From contig NW_003314284.1 in NCBI RefSeq assembly GCF_000143415.4, forward strand, positions 912,693 to 976,692: a DNA stretch of 64,000 nt, written 5' to 3'. Numbering within the stretch: position 1 is the stretch's first letter; the number at the start of each line of letters is the position of its first letter. The position numbers were made by a program, and so were the translations under genes. Positions 11,133 through 23,457 of the stretch are shown piece by piece. The notes beneath the pieces were generated by a model, which had not been told where the DNA came from, ran no database searches, and saw only the letters and a list, made by a program, of their open reading frames with translations. This DNA comes from Selaginella moellendorffii (Eukaryota; Plantae; Lycopodiophyta).

Positions 11133-14100
11133 ATGGCCTTCAGGGTTGGGGAAAATGTTTACATTTTGAATGGTGGGAAGAGAGTTGCAAAAGGGACCCT
11201 TGTGTCTATGGATCGGAACTTTGTTATACACTGTCAAAGGCTTGGGGAAGGCAATGCTGCTGTATCAGTAGAGACTGTCTTCGATGGGAATGTGGTCGCT
11301 ATTGAACAAGGAGAGATGGTTGTCGGGGTAAATGTTGTTGTTGCCTTGAAAAATCTTCAGAAGAAAGCAGATGTTGGGGACAACGCAAGTGCGACGCATG
11401 TTCCCTCCGTGGATCTTAAGAACCGTGCTACATGGATTTAGGCAAAGGTGTTTCTAAACAACCCCGAGGGGGAGGTGGTAGCTGAGGGCTTAGCCATAGT
11501 TGTCGATCCAAGAGATGCGGTTGCTAATCAAGAATTGGGCTGGGATGATATTGGAGTTGCGATTTTAGAGGTTGTTGACACAGAAGAAAACAGTCTGACT
11601 ATTGGAAGCATTGTGCGGTGGAAATTGAGGCACTTAGTGTTTGAGAATGTGAAGGATTCACAATCAAACACCACTACAACTGATGACAGAACATCTCTTC
11701 ATGGGAAAAGAAAGTACACCTTCCTAAAGCGCAGCCAAAGGGATCTGAGCAACGAACCGAAAAGGCAGAAAATGGCGATGGAGGTTCGAATGGTCTCGAC
11801 AGTTGCTTGTTGCAAGAGGAGGTGCTGTCAACATGCTGATTGGGATGCTATTGAAGAGGAGAGAGCAAGATACAAGACATTGTCCTGGAAGGCAGCTTGC
11901 AATTTTGTGTATGAGGCATTACTGTCATCTGTTGATGCTTCAGAACATTAGGTGGGGGGCATGGTCTTCCAGAGGGGTTTGGTCTGCATGAAGGCATGGA
12001 GAATCATTTATGGAGTCCCTCGAACCACATTCTACAGAATCAAAACTGAGTTCGAGGAACAAAGGGTTCAACAGGCAGTCCATGGGAACGACGGTACGCA
12101 CAAAACCAGGGGTCATGTTGTATATGGAGAGGCAATCTTCAAGAGGTTTGTCGAGACATGTAGCGAGCAGCAACCACATAAAACCCGCCTCTTGGAAGAT
12201 GGAACATGAGACACCCAACGAGTTCTCCCTTCCATGTATACCAAGGGGGCCATATTGGAAGATGTGAATCGGGAACTCCAGAGTAATGGCTACAGGAAGC
12301 TGAGCCAATCTAGATTTAGTAGATTGTGGAGCAACAGGTTCAGGGATGTGAGTATAGGAAAGTACTCCAGCTTTTCAAAGTGTGACGAGTGCACTGCTAT
12401 CAAAATGGCTTTGTCGAAGAATTCTTGCAGCGCTCAAGAGCGAGAGATGTTGGTTAGAAGGCGGCTCGACCACAACATCGAGCAGAGAAGCTGCAGGACT
12501 GCATATTATCATAACAGGATTCTCTCCATGGAGAGACCTGACTCTTACCTCTGCATCATCCACGACAAAATGGACCAGAAAAAGATGTGCTTACCTCGAC
12601 TCAATCCTGCCCCCAAGGCAATCTCTTCATCCATGCAGCTGCCTGTGTCTCTGTTTGGCATAATCGCTCATGGGCATAGTGCCCAGAACTATGGGAACTT
12701 CTTTGTACCTCTATGGGGTGGTGGGGGTGCAAACATGATGATTGCGTCCCTAGCAAAACACTTAAGGTCTCTACAAAGTGCGCAGACTGAGCTGAACGGC
12801 CAACCCTTGCATAAGGCCCTTGTCGATCAAACCCCATACAGGGTTCAGCTGGAGGAGGAGCAAAGGCTTGCAGTATCGCGTGGGGCCCCATGCCATCCCA
12901 GTGAATATGTTGGCCGTCAGATTGTAGGGTTATCACGTGAGGCCTCATGCCATTCCGACAAGGCTGGTCGCCCGGTGAATGCACAGCCTCATCCAAACGA
13001 AGCAGAATCTCAAGGAAGTTCTTGCGGCTGATGTGGCCTTCCACCCCATCTTCTGCTCCAAACAGACAATGCTGGCAGTGAGAACAAAAACATGTACGTC
13101 TTCGCGTACTTGGCGATGCTTGTTGCCAAAGGCATATTTGAAACGGTTACACTTGGCTTTCTCATGGTTGGGCACACTCATGAAGACGTCGATGCCATGT
13201 TCAGTCACCTGGCAGAGTCCCTCCGGCGATCCAATGTTCTCACCCTCCCACAACTCTACGATGAATTCCAAAATTGCATCAAAGGCACTGTTGAAGTTGC
13301 ACTTGTGACAGAGGTTCCAGACTTTAAGGGGTTTGTAAGAGGCTACATCAGGGATGGATCCGAAACGCTGATTGGCCACTCCAAGCCTCTTCAGTTTCAT
13401 TTCAGCATGTGTGACGGTGCTCCAGTGATGAGGTACAAGATGAGAGAATGGGACACAGTGTGGCTGCCAGTGGACGGCATTGAACTCTTCAAGAGAGATC
13501 CCATAACTGGGGAACCTATGATTCCTCAGGGTTCCCCACGGCCGATGCACTCGGATGGACTCAAAGACCAGGAAAGTATAGTGGCCGGGATTAGATAGCA
13601 TATTGCCTTCTGGAAGAGGGGGTTGGTGTTTGGTGGAGAATCCTATTTTCAGAGGTGCAAGCCTTTGCTCGAATACTGGGAGAAGATTATATCTGCTATC
13701 CAAAATGGGCCGGTTGTATATGAAGAATTGGAAGAGTCCTTTTGGCCAGAACCCAGAGCACCAGATAGTAGCGGAACAATGTCCTCTGGAAATGCAGTGA
13801 CAGATAACGATGTTGAGGATCACTATTGTGGGCCGAGGAACAAGAAGCCGGATTCAGCATTCAATCCAGTACAAGTCTGCAAAGGAATGGTCGTGCTTGT
13901 CAGACCTAGTAATAAAAAACAAATGATATGGGTGGGGCGTTGCATCATTGATGCAGAGGAGGACGCGGAAACTAACTCCTTCAATGTAACTATGGAGTGG
14001 TTCAAGCCAAGTTCCGGATATACGAAGGATTGCCTAGAAAAGAGATGGGTGCTGAATCCAAGGGATCCCAGCATGAGCATATCGGTGGATAATGTTGTGC

Positions 14101-14201
14101 ATGGTTGGATGCGGAAGCAGAGTGCCACCATCACCTTGCCAGACCATGCAAGAGATGCAGCAAGAGCATTCATAACCCGGGTTCAAGGTGAGATTCATTA
14201 A
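11133..14201 (+). pseudogene. Transposase of copy 1 (~1022 codons; Sola-like DDD, DUF7869-type motifs), broken by 5 in-frame stops
   Basis: ORFs 11133, 11448, 11952, 12234, 13092 and 13623 are all in one frame. Motifs VCMKAWRIIYGV, FSKCDEC, IIHDKMDQ, LLQTDNAGSENKN and FLMVGHTHEDVDAMFS. Four of the stops are sense codons in copy 2. Confidence 0.85.
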
Positions 14202-17200
14202 TATTCCTTTACTAAGTTTCTAATGTATTTTATTTCAAGGTGAACAATCCGAATCTGAATCAGAGGAGGCGTGATGGCATGTGGCCTTACGCCATTCCTA
14301 GGTGAGATGATACAAATAACAAGTATAAATTCTTAGTTGTTCTTGCAAATCTTACTTAAAGTTCAAGGTGAACAAGCCGAATATGAATTCATCGGATTGT
14401 TATAACAAATTGCGAGGTGATGGCATGAGGCGATACGCCATTTGAGAGTGGTAGCCATTCCTATATGAGGTGAATGAAATATTTATTAAAAATACCTCAT
14501 TCAATTGTGCACTTCTAAGTCTTGGTCCACTCAGTACTGTTTGCATGTTTCTATTTTAATTCTTTCTCTAAAATGTTATTTAGCATGTGGCTTCATGCCA
14601 TTGCTCTCCACAATCATGCATTGAATTTTTCTATCCTTGCATAATACTTCTCCATATATATAGCATGTGCGCACATGTGATATGGTTCATTAAGCCTGAT
14701 ATAGTGTGTGAGGTAAAACAAAGATGATGTGACATATGCATTTACCAATCACACGTGCATAAATCTAATAATATGGCGTGTGGCCCATATTAATGGCACA
14801 TAAACCCATATTGTGGGCTTATGTGCTTTATGTACCATCATTCCCTTGCAGCGTGTGTGTTGGTTTCCTTTTATAACACAACGAACTCCATATTTTAGGG
14901 TGAAGAGCGTTCTCATGGCAAGCACAAAATCTGTAAGTGAGGCAGAAAAGGAGACGGAGAAGGAGATAGGTGAAGATGTAGAATATATAAGTCTTCCAAA
15001 CTCCCCGTACTATACTCCAGGTGATCATTTTTCTGAACAAACGGCAATATTAACAACTATCGAGAACGCCCCAGTAACGTCAGAGACAACAATCCAAAGC
15101 AAAACAACTGACCCAGAGAAGGATGATAGTACCGCTGAGAGTACCAAAAAGGAGGTGTCCACTAGCGCTTAGGCTTATAATGGCGTGTGCCCTCATGCCA
15201 TTTACTTGATCACCAAATACCTTTTTCCCTTTGCACTAGTATATCTTAATACCGGTCTGAGAAATAGAATGGCATGTGCCCTCAGGCCTTTTACTAAATC
15301 ACCTTTGAAAGAAATGCAAGCCTCTATGTCGTAAAAAAAAGGTACTAGAGAAATTCCTTAATAATTTGAATGTTATTTAGTTTCATGAAAATACACTAAG
15401 GGTCAAATGAGTTAAATGACTTCTCCAGACTAGCAATGCCTCTTGCTACACCTTCACAATTAGATTCGTTAGAAAAAGATAACATTGAATAATATCTAAA
15501 TGTTCTCACCATTAAGTTATATGTCTGGCTAATAGGAATGATGTTCATCTTGGAAAGCTCACCACACGCTCAATGAACAAACAAATAGTGTGTGCGCGCA
15601 TGCCATCGCTCTTCTTTAGCTTCAGATTCGGCTTGTTCACCTTGACAATGAGATTTATTATACAACCAGATGGACTCAGTCTGGACACAAAGTCACCGCG
15701 CTAGTCACCATGCCCCAGATATGTCTAGCCCCTAGACAAAAAACATATAATTTCACATCATTTTCAAATACTTGAAAATTTGTATCTAGTCCCATTTTAC
15801 TGAATAAATCCCATTTTAACGAAATGGAGCTTTCTAACCCAATCCCACTACTTATTCTCGAGTAGTCTTAATTTCCATCGATATAACCCTTGCACTTTGG
15901 AACCTTTTAATTCTGACTTCTCGAAGTCAATTCCCTAAGTGTCTTTGACACCTTGCATTGCACATATTGTGCAACTCCATTTCCTCATCCTAGGAAGTTC
16001 TCTATTTGAGGGCACCATCATCCTCTCTTCAATTTCATGCCACCTTTGGCACTAAGTTCTAGTTATCATATTTTGTGCTAAGGCTGTCCACGGCCCTATC
16101 ATTTGGCTACCTTACCGCTCCCACCCTTGGAGTTTCCGCTTTCACCAAATCGGAGCAATTGGGAATCCATCCTTGGGAACACATTGCCTTTCCCATAATC
16201 CGTTAACCCCCAACACCTTTTTGTTTTTAGCCTAACTTTGCCATTTGGATTTTTTTTTTTTTTTTTCCATGATTCCCATGGCTCTTTACTTAGCCACAGC
16301 CTTTTGCTCTTATCCTTGATTGTTGCACCCAGCAACATAGGATCGCTACTTCCATTTTCGAGATATCGTTTTGGTTCCATAGCAAAGACTCTCCTTTGCC
16401 ATGTTCATCCCTAGTATGTCTTTTTAGCATCTTCTGCTATGGGCTCTATCCACGGCCCAACTTTGTGACCCTCCCATGGGTCTTTTATAGAGACTACTTT
16501 CCTCGAACTCACTATGCCATTGCATTGACATATCTTATTTCCCTTAGGTGTCTTTCTCACTTGGTCACCTTGACCAAGCCATACCATCATCAATAGTTTC
16601 AATTTACACTTTGAACTTGGAACTTTATCCCTTAACCTCACAAAGACTTTATCCTTGTTTTGGCCACAAGATCACCTAGTGATTTAACCTTGGCACCTTA
16701 ATAAGTTTGCCAATAGGTACTAGGTCTTCTAGACCTTTGAGTTGTTCACCATGACTCCGGGGGCATCTCCCACATTTGGCGGTGCACCCAAGCCAGCCCA
16801 TCTGGCCAAGGGTCTATAGCAACTGAGACTGGGTATCCCCATCTCATTCACCACATCCTTAGTGCCACTTGCACCAAAGTGTTCAAGTTAGATATGCTAA
16901 GCTTTCACACTAAGCAATCTAACTGTGCATCACAACTCCGAGGCATCCTTCGCTTGGCGGTGTGCCCAAACCAGTCTCCCCACTGAGAGTCCATGACCAC
17001 CAAAATATGAGTGTCCTCATATTCCAAACCATCACCACGCCCTAGTGAGTTGGGACTCGAACCCAAGCACTAGAGGGTCGGGACTCGAACCCAACCTCCG
17101 TATATGCATCTACGGACGGCATCATACAAGATGCCTGGCGTGACTCCCCACGCCGGTGCACCATCATACCCTTAAAGCGAGTTACAGATCACAGCTTAGG

Positions 17201-19616
17201 AACCTAGTTCCTCCACACTGCCAAGTCCTTTCACTTGACATATCTGTGATCATGCATGAACTCCTCCATGCTCGGCCCCATGGGCCACCCCTTTAAAGTT
17301 GGCCCCTTCAACTAGGGTATTCGTTCCCCCGACTTGCCAATCTCACTTAGCAAGTCATCCGGCCACCGTAACATGGTTCATGCATAAGCGTGAAAGTTCT
17401 TAACCATCAACTTTCGTTCAAAACCCTCTCTTTGAACACTCGGGAACTACTTCCCTAACCTTGATAGCCTTGCCTTATGGCAAACTTCAAGACCATGCTT
17501 TTGCTGTGCCACTCTGATTTCGCGCGTTCTATAAACCATTTACACTTGACTGACTAGGTACTTATCTACCTAGGGGAACGTTCAAGGAATTCTGTTCCTT
17601 AGCTTGCTAAAGTCTCTCCTTTCGCAAGCTTTCCAATTACCATATAGTCTAACATGGACAATCCCATGCTTTATATTCTCCATGGTATCCCGGTCGCTAG
17701 TAACAACATGCTTGAGCACCCACTTGATTCTCCACTCCCAACTTGTATAACCACCCTTGGTCATGCTTGTTAATTCCTATGGTTCGGTTCTATCCCTTTA
17801 CTACTTGCCTTTTTGACATTATGCATTTCCTTCGGTTATTCTCCTCCAAACTAGGAAGATAGCTTGGCACTTTCTACCATGCTTTGGCAAGTATTCATAG
17901 GGATGAACCTACCCAACAACCTAGGGAGTGGTTCTTCAATCTGAGTTTGCTCACCTTGTAATCCCACACATTGGGATTACTGTTGCTACTTATGGGCCTT
18001 CATATGCCCATCACTAGCCTTGCCAAAATCCCCTTTTTGGCTTTGTCCAATTTGGGTAGACGGACATCTCCCGTCTCTGCAACCTTAGACATTTGGATAG
18101 CACCTCCTATCCATCATTCACTAGGGACTTTGTCCCTTGGGCCTTATTCGTGCCCTCATGACCCCAATCACCACCTCCTGGTGCTCTAGAGTGCTTGGGT
18201 GTCCCAATGATGGCATATTTGGCAATAAACATTCCTTTTACGACATTGACTTACTATCTCGCAACATAAGCAATTTCTCCCTCATAAGGGTATATTTAAC
18301 TTCTTTATCCCAATAAGAAGTCTTAGGTAGTTGCCTTCTACCAGTTTAACGAATTATTTTGCACCTTTTGTTTAGTTGTCTCATAGTTGTCAAGTCTTAC
18401 AACTCATTGCTGGTGTTTCCACACCTCCATCATTATCTGGGTCACCACACTTTAATTGCATGCTTTCCAACTTAGATTATGCCATTCCCATTTTCATTGG
18501 GATTCTTTTAGAAGAGGTTCTTATAAACCCGCCAACTTAACCTCAAGGCAACATGCCTTGGCACATTCGGTGTCTTCACACCATTGGCTCCATGAGCCTA
18601 CCTTTGTGACGCTTCTTACTTGTGTTTAGATCTTTTGCCAAGACCAATACAGTTGTCTCTTATGCCAACTATTTGTTAGCACTGTACCATAGAGTTCACG
18701 TACAACTTTGTGCCAAAGTTGTGTTCTTCCAGGAAACTCTTTCCCACGACTTTAGCATGGTACCTTCTGCCACCAATGAGATACCCACTGTTCTCATACT
18801 TGGATTTTAAGATCCTCGTGGGGCACCACATACTTCAGTCCAAATGCTTCCATCAATCCCTTAGGATTATTCTTTGACTATATTAGAGTCATCAGAATTT
18901 TTGGACTTTGCTAATCCGACGACCTATGAGGTCCTACTCTTGAGGTGCCAGCACACTGGAATACAACTCTTTGTATTCATGTCCTACTCACAAAGACCAT
19001 CTTTGCAAGTGTTACTCTGACACTTGATTTGTTCTCTAGGGGCAACCTTTTGCCCCTTATGACCACTTGTCCATGTGATGAGAATACCAACTCATCCTCT
19101 AAGTACACCCCCAACTCCTTGGGTTTGTTCCAGCTTTTATAAAAGGTAGCCCCGGCTACCATTTCAAGGACTTGTGTCCTCATCCGTACTTGACCTTTCA
19201 TGGTCATCAATCCCGGTTTCACATTCATGAGTACTAGCCTCAACTATGTGAGGATAATCTTGCGACTCTTTTATTGTTTTGGAGTCTCTACCTTTCCCGT
19301 GATCCCAACTATAGTTGTTTACCACAACTACCTTAGCTAGTTTGCTAAGTTGAACGCTCATCTGGATCACATCCTCAACTATATGAAGGAAACCTTATAC
19401 TGTTCCCAAGATCCCAAAGTCGTTCCCTTACTGGCCCTTTTTCATGCACCACATTGCGCATAAGTTTACGCATGAACTTGAGTGGAGAGCTATGTCCTCT
19501 CGACATGCTACTCCTCGAAGATAGGTCCACACCTAGGACCTTCCAATTCCAATACAAGTGGTGATATACTTAGCCACCAATAGGAGTCGGACTAAGGAAC
19601 AGCTCCGATACCAAGT

Positions 19617-21115
19617 TGTAAGCAACTAATTTTTCCATTTTACCTTAGTCACTTAACTGCACCTTCGACCACTTGGAGGAGTCTCATTCACAACCTCCAT
19701 AAGTCTTATTCAGGACTTAGGGTTTGCAAGCCTCAAGAATGGCATCCATGCCACTCAACCTTTGCACTTGGTCCAAGTGCTTCACGTGTCCGATCCCATG
19801 ACCAACAACCAAGGTACCACCGACCTCTCAGCCTGTTACGCTTGGTCACACTAGTGGTCCAACACCACCTGCATCGTAGTCCCATCTCTCAAAGACTAGG
19901 CCATCCGTCCATGAATGATCATCCTAGATCCACTCCTTAGCATCCTTAGGATGCCCACAAACATGGGGAATTGCTTTCCCCAATATCTCTTTTCCGATCC
20001 CCACTAAGTCCCTTTCTGTCCATGGTTGTGTTTGCCAACACTGCCACTGGATCAAGGCCCGCAGGCCTGACCTCCAAGTCCCACTGTCCTTCGGGACTTC
20101 CCCACCATGTGACCGTATCCTTAGTCACTCACTAGAGGATTTCTCCTCTTCCTTTTCACAGTCTGAGACTTTGGGACAACATTTCGGAACACCGTGGCCT
20201 TACGTGAGCCTTATGGGTATTCTCCTCGCCTTCTGCCTTTGGGTGCTCTAGCCATGGGCTTAGAGCGAGGTTCCGTTGAGCCACGCCAGGTATCCAAGTA
20301 GGTAGTGCCACCCACACTTGGACTGGGAGCATCGGCCAGTCGATCTCCCGAGGGAAATAGAGACGGCTCTTGAACACTTCACCAAGCTACCCCACTTGTC
20401 GGTTTGTGTTCACTCTAGTCTTGGACTTCCCAGTGGGCAGCTCATCACCCAACACTGGGTACAGCCTTCCTGGGCCAAACTGGCCTTTCTTAGCCAAATT
20501 GGCTCCACTGCAGTCCTCTCCCTCACTATACTTTTGGAGCTCACCAAACCCCCTAGGGTCTGGGAGACAAATGCTTTGGGCTTTCACCCTCTCAGACTCG
20601 GACTCGAACTCGGACTCAGACTCGGACTCGGGCTCGGTCTCAGCCTCAGCCTCGGCCTTGGTCTCGGTCTTGGTCCCGGTCCCGGTCTCGGTCTCAGTCT
20701 CGGTCTCGGTCTTGGTCCCGGTACCGGTCTCGGTCTCAGTTTCGACCTCAGACTCCATCTCGGGTTCTTCTCAGACTCCATCTCGGATTCCCCCTCGGGT
20801 CCATCTCGGACTCCGTCTCGGTCCATCTCGGACTCCATCTTGGACTCCACCTCGGGTCCATCTCAGACTCCATCTCAGACTCCATCTCGGACTCCATCTC
20901 GGGTCCATCTTGTATCCTTTTTCTAGAGACTCACTTATCTTTCACTTTGTGCTTGTTCCTCGAGCACTTCATTGGGAGTTCCACTCCCACTCTCGACCTT
21001 TTCAAGTCGGAGCTTTTAGTCCAAACATGTTACGCTCATTTGGCTTTCGCTTCAGCCACTACCACGTGGCGCCCTTTTGGCTCCACTTTGGGGCCTAGGG
21101 ATTTTGTGTCTCACA
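19617..21115 (-). repeat. 5' LTR of A1
   Basis: TGTAAGC...TGTGTCTCACA on the + strand, adjacent to the tRNA-Met PBS. Confidence 0.9.
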
Positions 21116-21668
21116 CATACTTGATATGGTGACGAGAAACTCATGTTATTGGTTTGCAATTGCTAGTGTTAGGAACCTCTACAATATTGAGATTAATCCC
21201 TCAATATTCGCTAAATGATAGTTTACTGTGTCTGCCAAACACCCTCACTATCATGCCCTTTGTGTTAGTCTCATTTCGGTCCTAAATACTATTTATGGAA
21301 AATGCTTAGATTTGCTTATTTGGTATATTTGCAGAATGTAGAGATTCGTATACATTCGATGGTCGCTCCCAATCCTGGATTGCTTGGACCTTCTTAGGGT
21401 CCACCTTGAGCCTGTCCTTGCCCACCACATGCTCGAGAAACTTTACCTCTTATTGAGCAAAGTCGCATTTGCTCTCTTTAGCATACAGCTGGTGTTCCCT
21501 TAGTTTCTCAAACACCTTTGTCAAGTGTTCGGCATGCTCTTCTAGCATTTCGCTATAGATCAAGATGTCGTCAATATAGACGACCACAAAGTGATTCAGA
21601 TAGGGTACAAAGATGTGGTTCATCAACGCCGAAAACGTTGCCGGCGCATTGCATAGCCCGAAGGGCAT

Positions 21669-23457
21669 TGTGAGACACAAAATCCCTAGGCCCCAAAGTG
21701 GAGCCGGAAGGGCGCCACGTGGTAGTGGCTGAAGCGAGAGCCAAACGAGCGTAACACGTTTGGACCAAAAGCTCCGACTTGAAAAGTCAAGAGCGGGAGT
21801 GGAACTCCCAACGAAGTGCTCGAGGAACGAGCACGAAGCGAGCAAAAAGCGAGGCTCCAAAAAGGGACCCAAAAGGACCAATACATGACACGTGGAAGTG
21901 TCCGAGATGGACCCGAGATGGAGTCCGAGATGGAGTCCGAGATGGACCCGAAATGGAGTCCGAGATGGACCCGAGATGGAGTCCGAGATGGACCCGAGAT
22001 GGAGTCCGAGATGGAGTCCGAGATGGAGTCCGAGGTGGACCTGAGATGGACCCGAGATGGAGTCCGAGATGGACCCGAGATGGAGTCCGAGATGGAGTCC
22101 GAGATGGAGTCCAAGGTGGACCTGAGATGGACCCGAAATGGAGTCTGAGATGGAGTCCGAGATGGACCCGAAATGGAGTCCGAGATGGACCCGAGATGGA
22201 GTCCGAGATGGACCCGAGATGGAGTCCGAGATGGAGTCTGAGATGGACCCGAGATGGAGTCCGAGATGGAGTCCGAGATGGACCCGAGATGGAGTCCGAA
22301 GTCGAGTCCGAGACTGGGACCGAGACCGAGACCGAGACTGAGACGAAGATCGGGACCGAGACCGAGACCGAGGCCGAGGCCGAGGCCGAGACCGAGCCCG
22401 AGCCTGAGTCCGAGTCCGAGTCCGAGTCCGAGTCCGAGTCCGAGTCCGAGTTCGAGTCTGAGAGGGTGAAAGCCCAAAGCGTTCGTCTCCCAGACCCTGG
22501 GGGGTTTGGTGAGCTCCAAAAGTATAGTAGGGGGAGGACTGCAGTGGAGCCAGTTTGGCCAGGAAAGGCCAGTTTGGCCCAGGAAGGCCGAACCCAGTGT
22601 TGGGTGATGAGCTGCCCACTGGGAAGTCCAAGACTAGAGTGAACACGGACCGACAAGCGGGGTAGCTTGGTGAAGTGTTCAAGAGCCGGCTCTAGTTCCC
22701 CCGGGAGATTGACTGGCCGATGCTCCCAGTCCAAGTGTGGGTGGCACTACCTACTTGGATACCAGGCGTGGCTCAACGGAACCTCGCTCTAAGCCCATGG
22801 CTAGAGCACCCAAGGGCGGAAGGCGGGGAGAGTACCCAGGTGGCTCGCGTAAGGCCACGGTGTTCCGAAATGTTGTCCCAAAGGCCCAGACTGTGGAAAG
22901 GAAGAGGAGCAGTCCTCTGGGGTAGTGACCAAGGACACAGTCGTGTGGTGAGGAAGTCCCAGAGGACCGTGGGATTTAGTGGTCGGGCCTGTGGGCCTCG
23001 ATCCAGTGGCAGTGTTGGCAAACACGGCCAGGGGCAGAAAGGGACTTAGTGGAGACTGACAGATGGATATTGGGGAAGGCTATCCCCCTTGTCGATGGGC
23101 ATCCTAAGGATGCTAAGGAGTGGATCTGAGATGACCACTCACGGATGGATTGCCTAGTCTTGGAGAGCCAAGACTGTGATGCAAGTGGTATTGGACTACC
23201 AGTGTGGCAAAGGTGATTGGGCATGGCCTTAGCGTAATAGGCTGCTATGTCGGTGGTACCTTTGAGTGTCGGTCATGGGATCGGACACGTGGAGCACTTG
23301 GACCAAGTGCAAATGTTGAATGGCATAGATGCCATTCTCGGGGCTAGCAAATCCCAAGTCCTGAATTGGACTTATGGAGGTGTTGAATGAGACTCTTCCA
23401 AATGGTCGGAGGTGTGGTTAAGTGACTAAAGTAGAATGAAAAAATTAGTCGCTTACA
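21669..23457 (+). mobile_element. Family A solo LTR inserted in the RT of B3
   Basis: TGTGAGACAC...GCTTACA. 5-bp TSD GGCAT at 21664-21668 and 23458-23462. No adjacent PBS or PPT. Confidence 0.92.

Larger units (their letters stand above)
3092..15832 (+). mobile_element. Large TIR DNA transposon, copy 1 (Sola-like DDD transposase plus cargo gene), 12.7 kb
   Basis: Termini AAGCTCTATTTTGTTAAAGTGGGA (3092-3115) and TCCCATTTTAACGAAATGGAGCTT (15809-15832). 4-bp TSD TCTA at 3088-3091 and 15833-15836. The homologous empty site is visible in A2 at ~40050-40070. Colinear with copy 2. Confidence 0.93.
1573..21115 (-). mobile_element. Non-autonomous (LARD-like) LTR retrotransposon A1, full length, hosting DNA transposon copy 1
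   Basis: Two homologous TG...CA LTRs (1573-2830, 19617-21115). 5-bp TSD CATAC at 1568-1572 and 21116-21120. PBS TGGTATCGGAGC (minus, 19602-19613). PPT GGGTGGTGGAGT (minus, 2831-2842). No long ORF in the internal region. Confidence 0.9.

Noticed and set aside
7129-13823. Antisense ORFs over the cargo and transposase genes (e.g. 7930-8538, 12945-13823)
   Set aside because: They are shadow frames of real coding sequence with no recognisable motifs.
3478-15606. CRISPR-like interpretation of the recurring palindrome
   Set aside because: Spacing is irregular (tens of bp to kb), the repeats are degenerate, there are no cas genes, and the context is eukaryotic.
3092-15832. Classification as CACTA, Mutator, hAT or Helitron
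   Set aside because: There are no CACTA ends, the TSD is 4 bp rather than 3, 8 or 9 bp, TIRs are present, and there are no Rep/helicase motifs.
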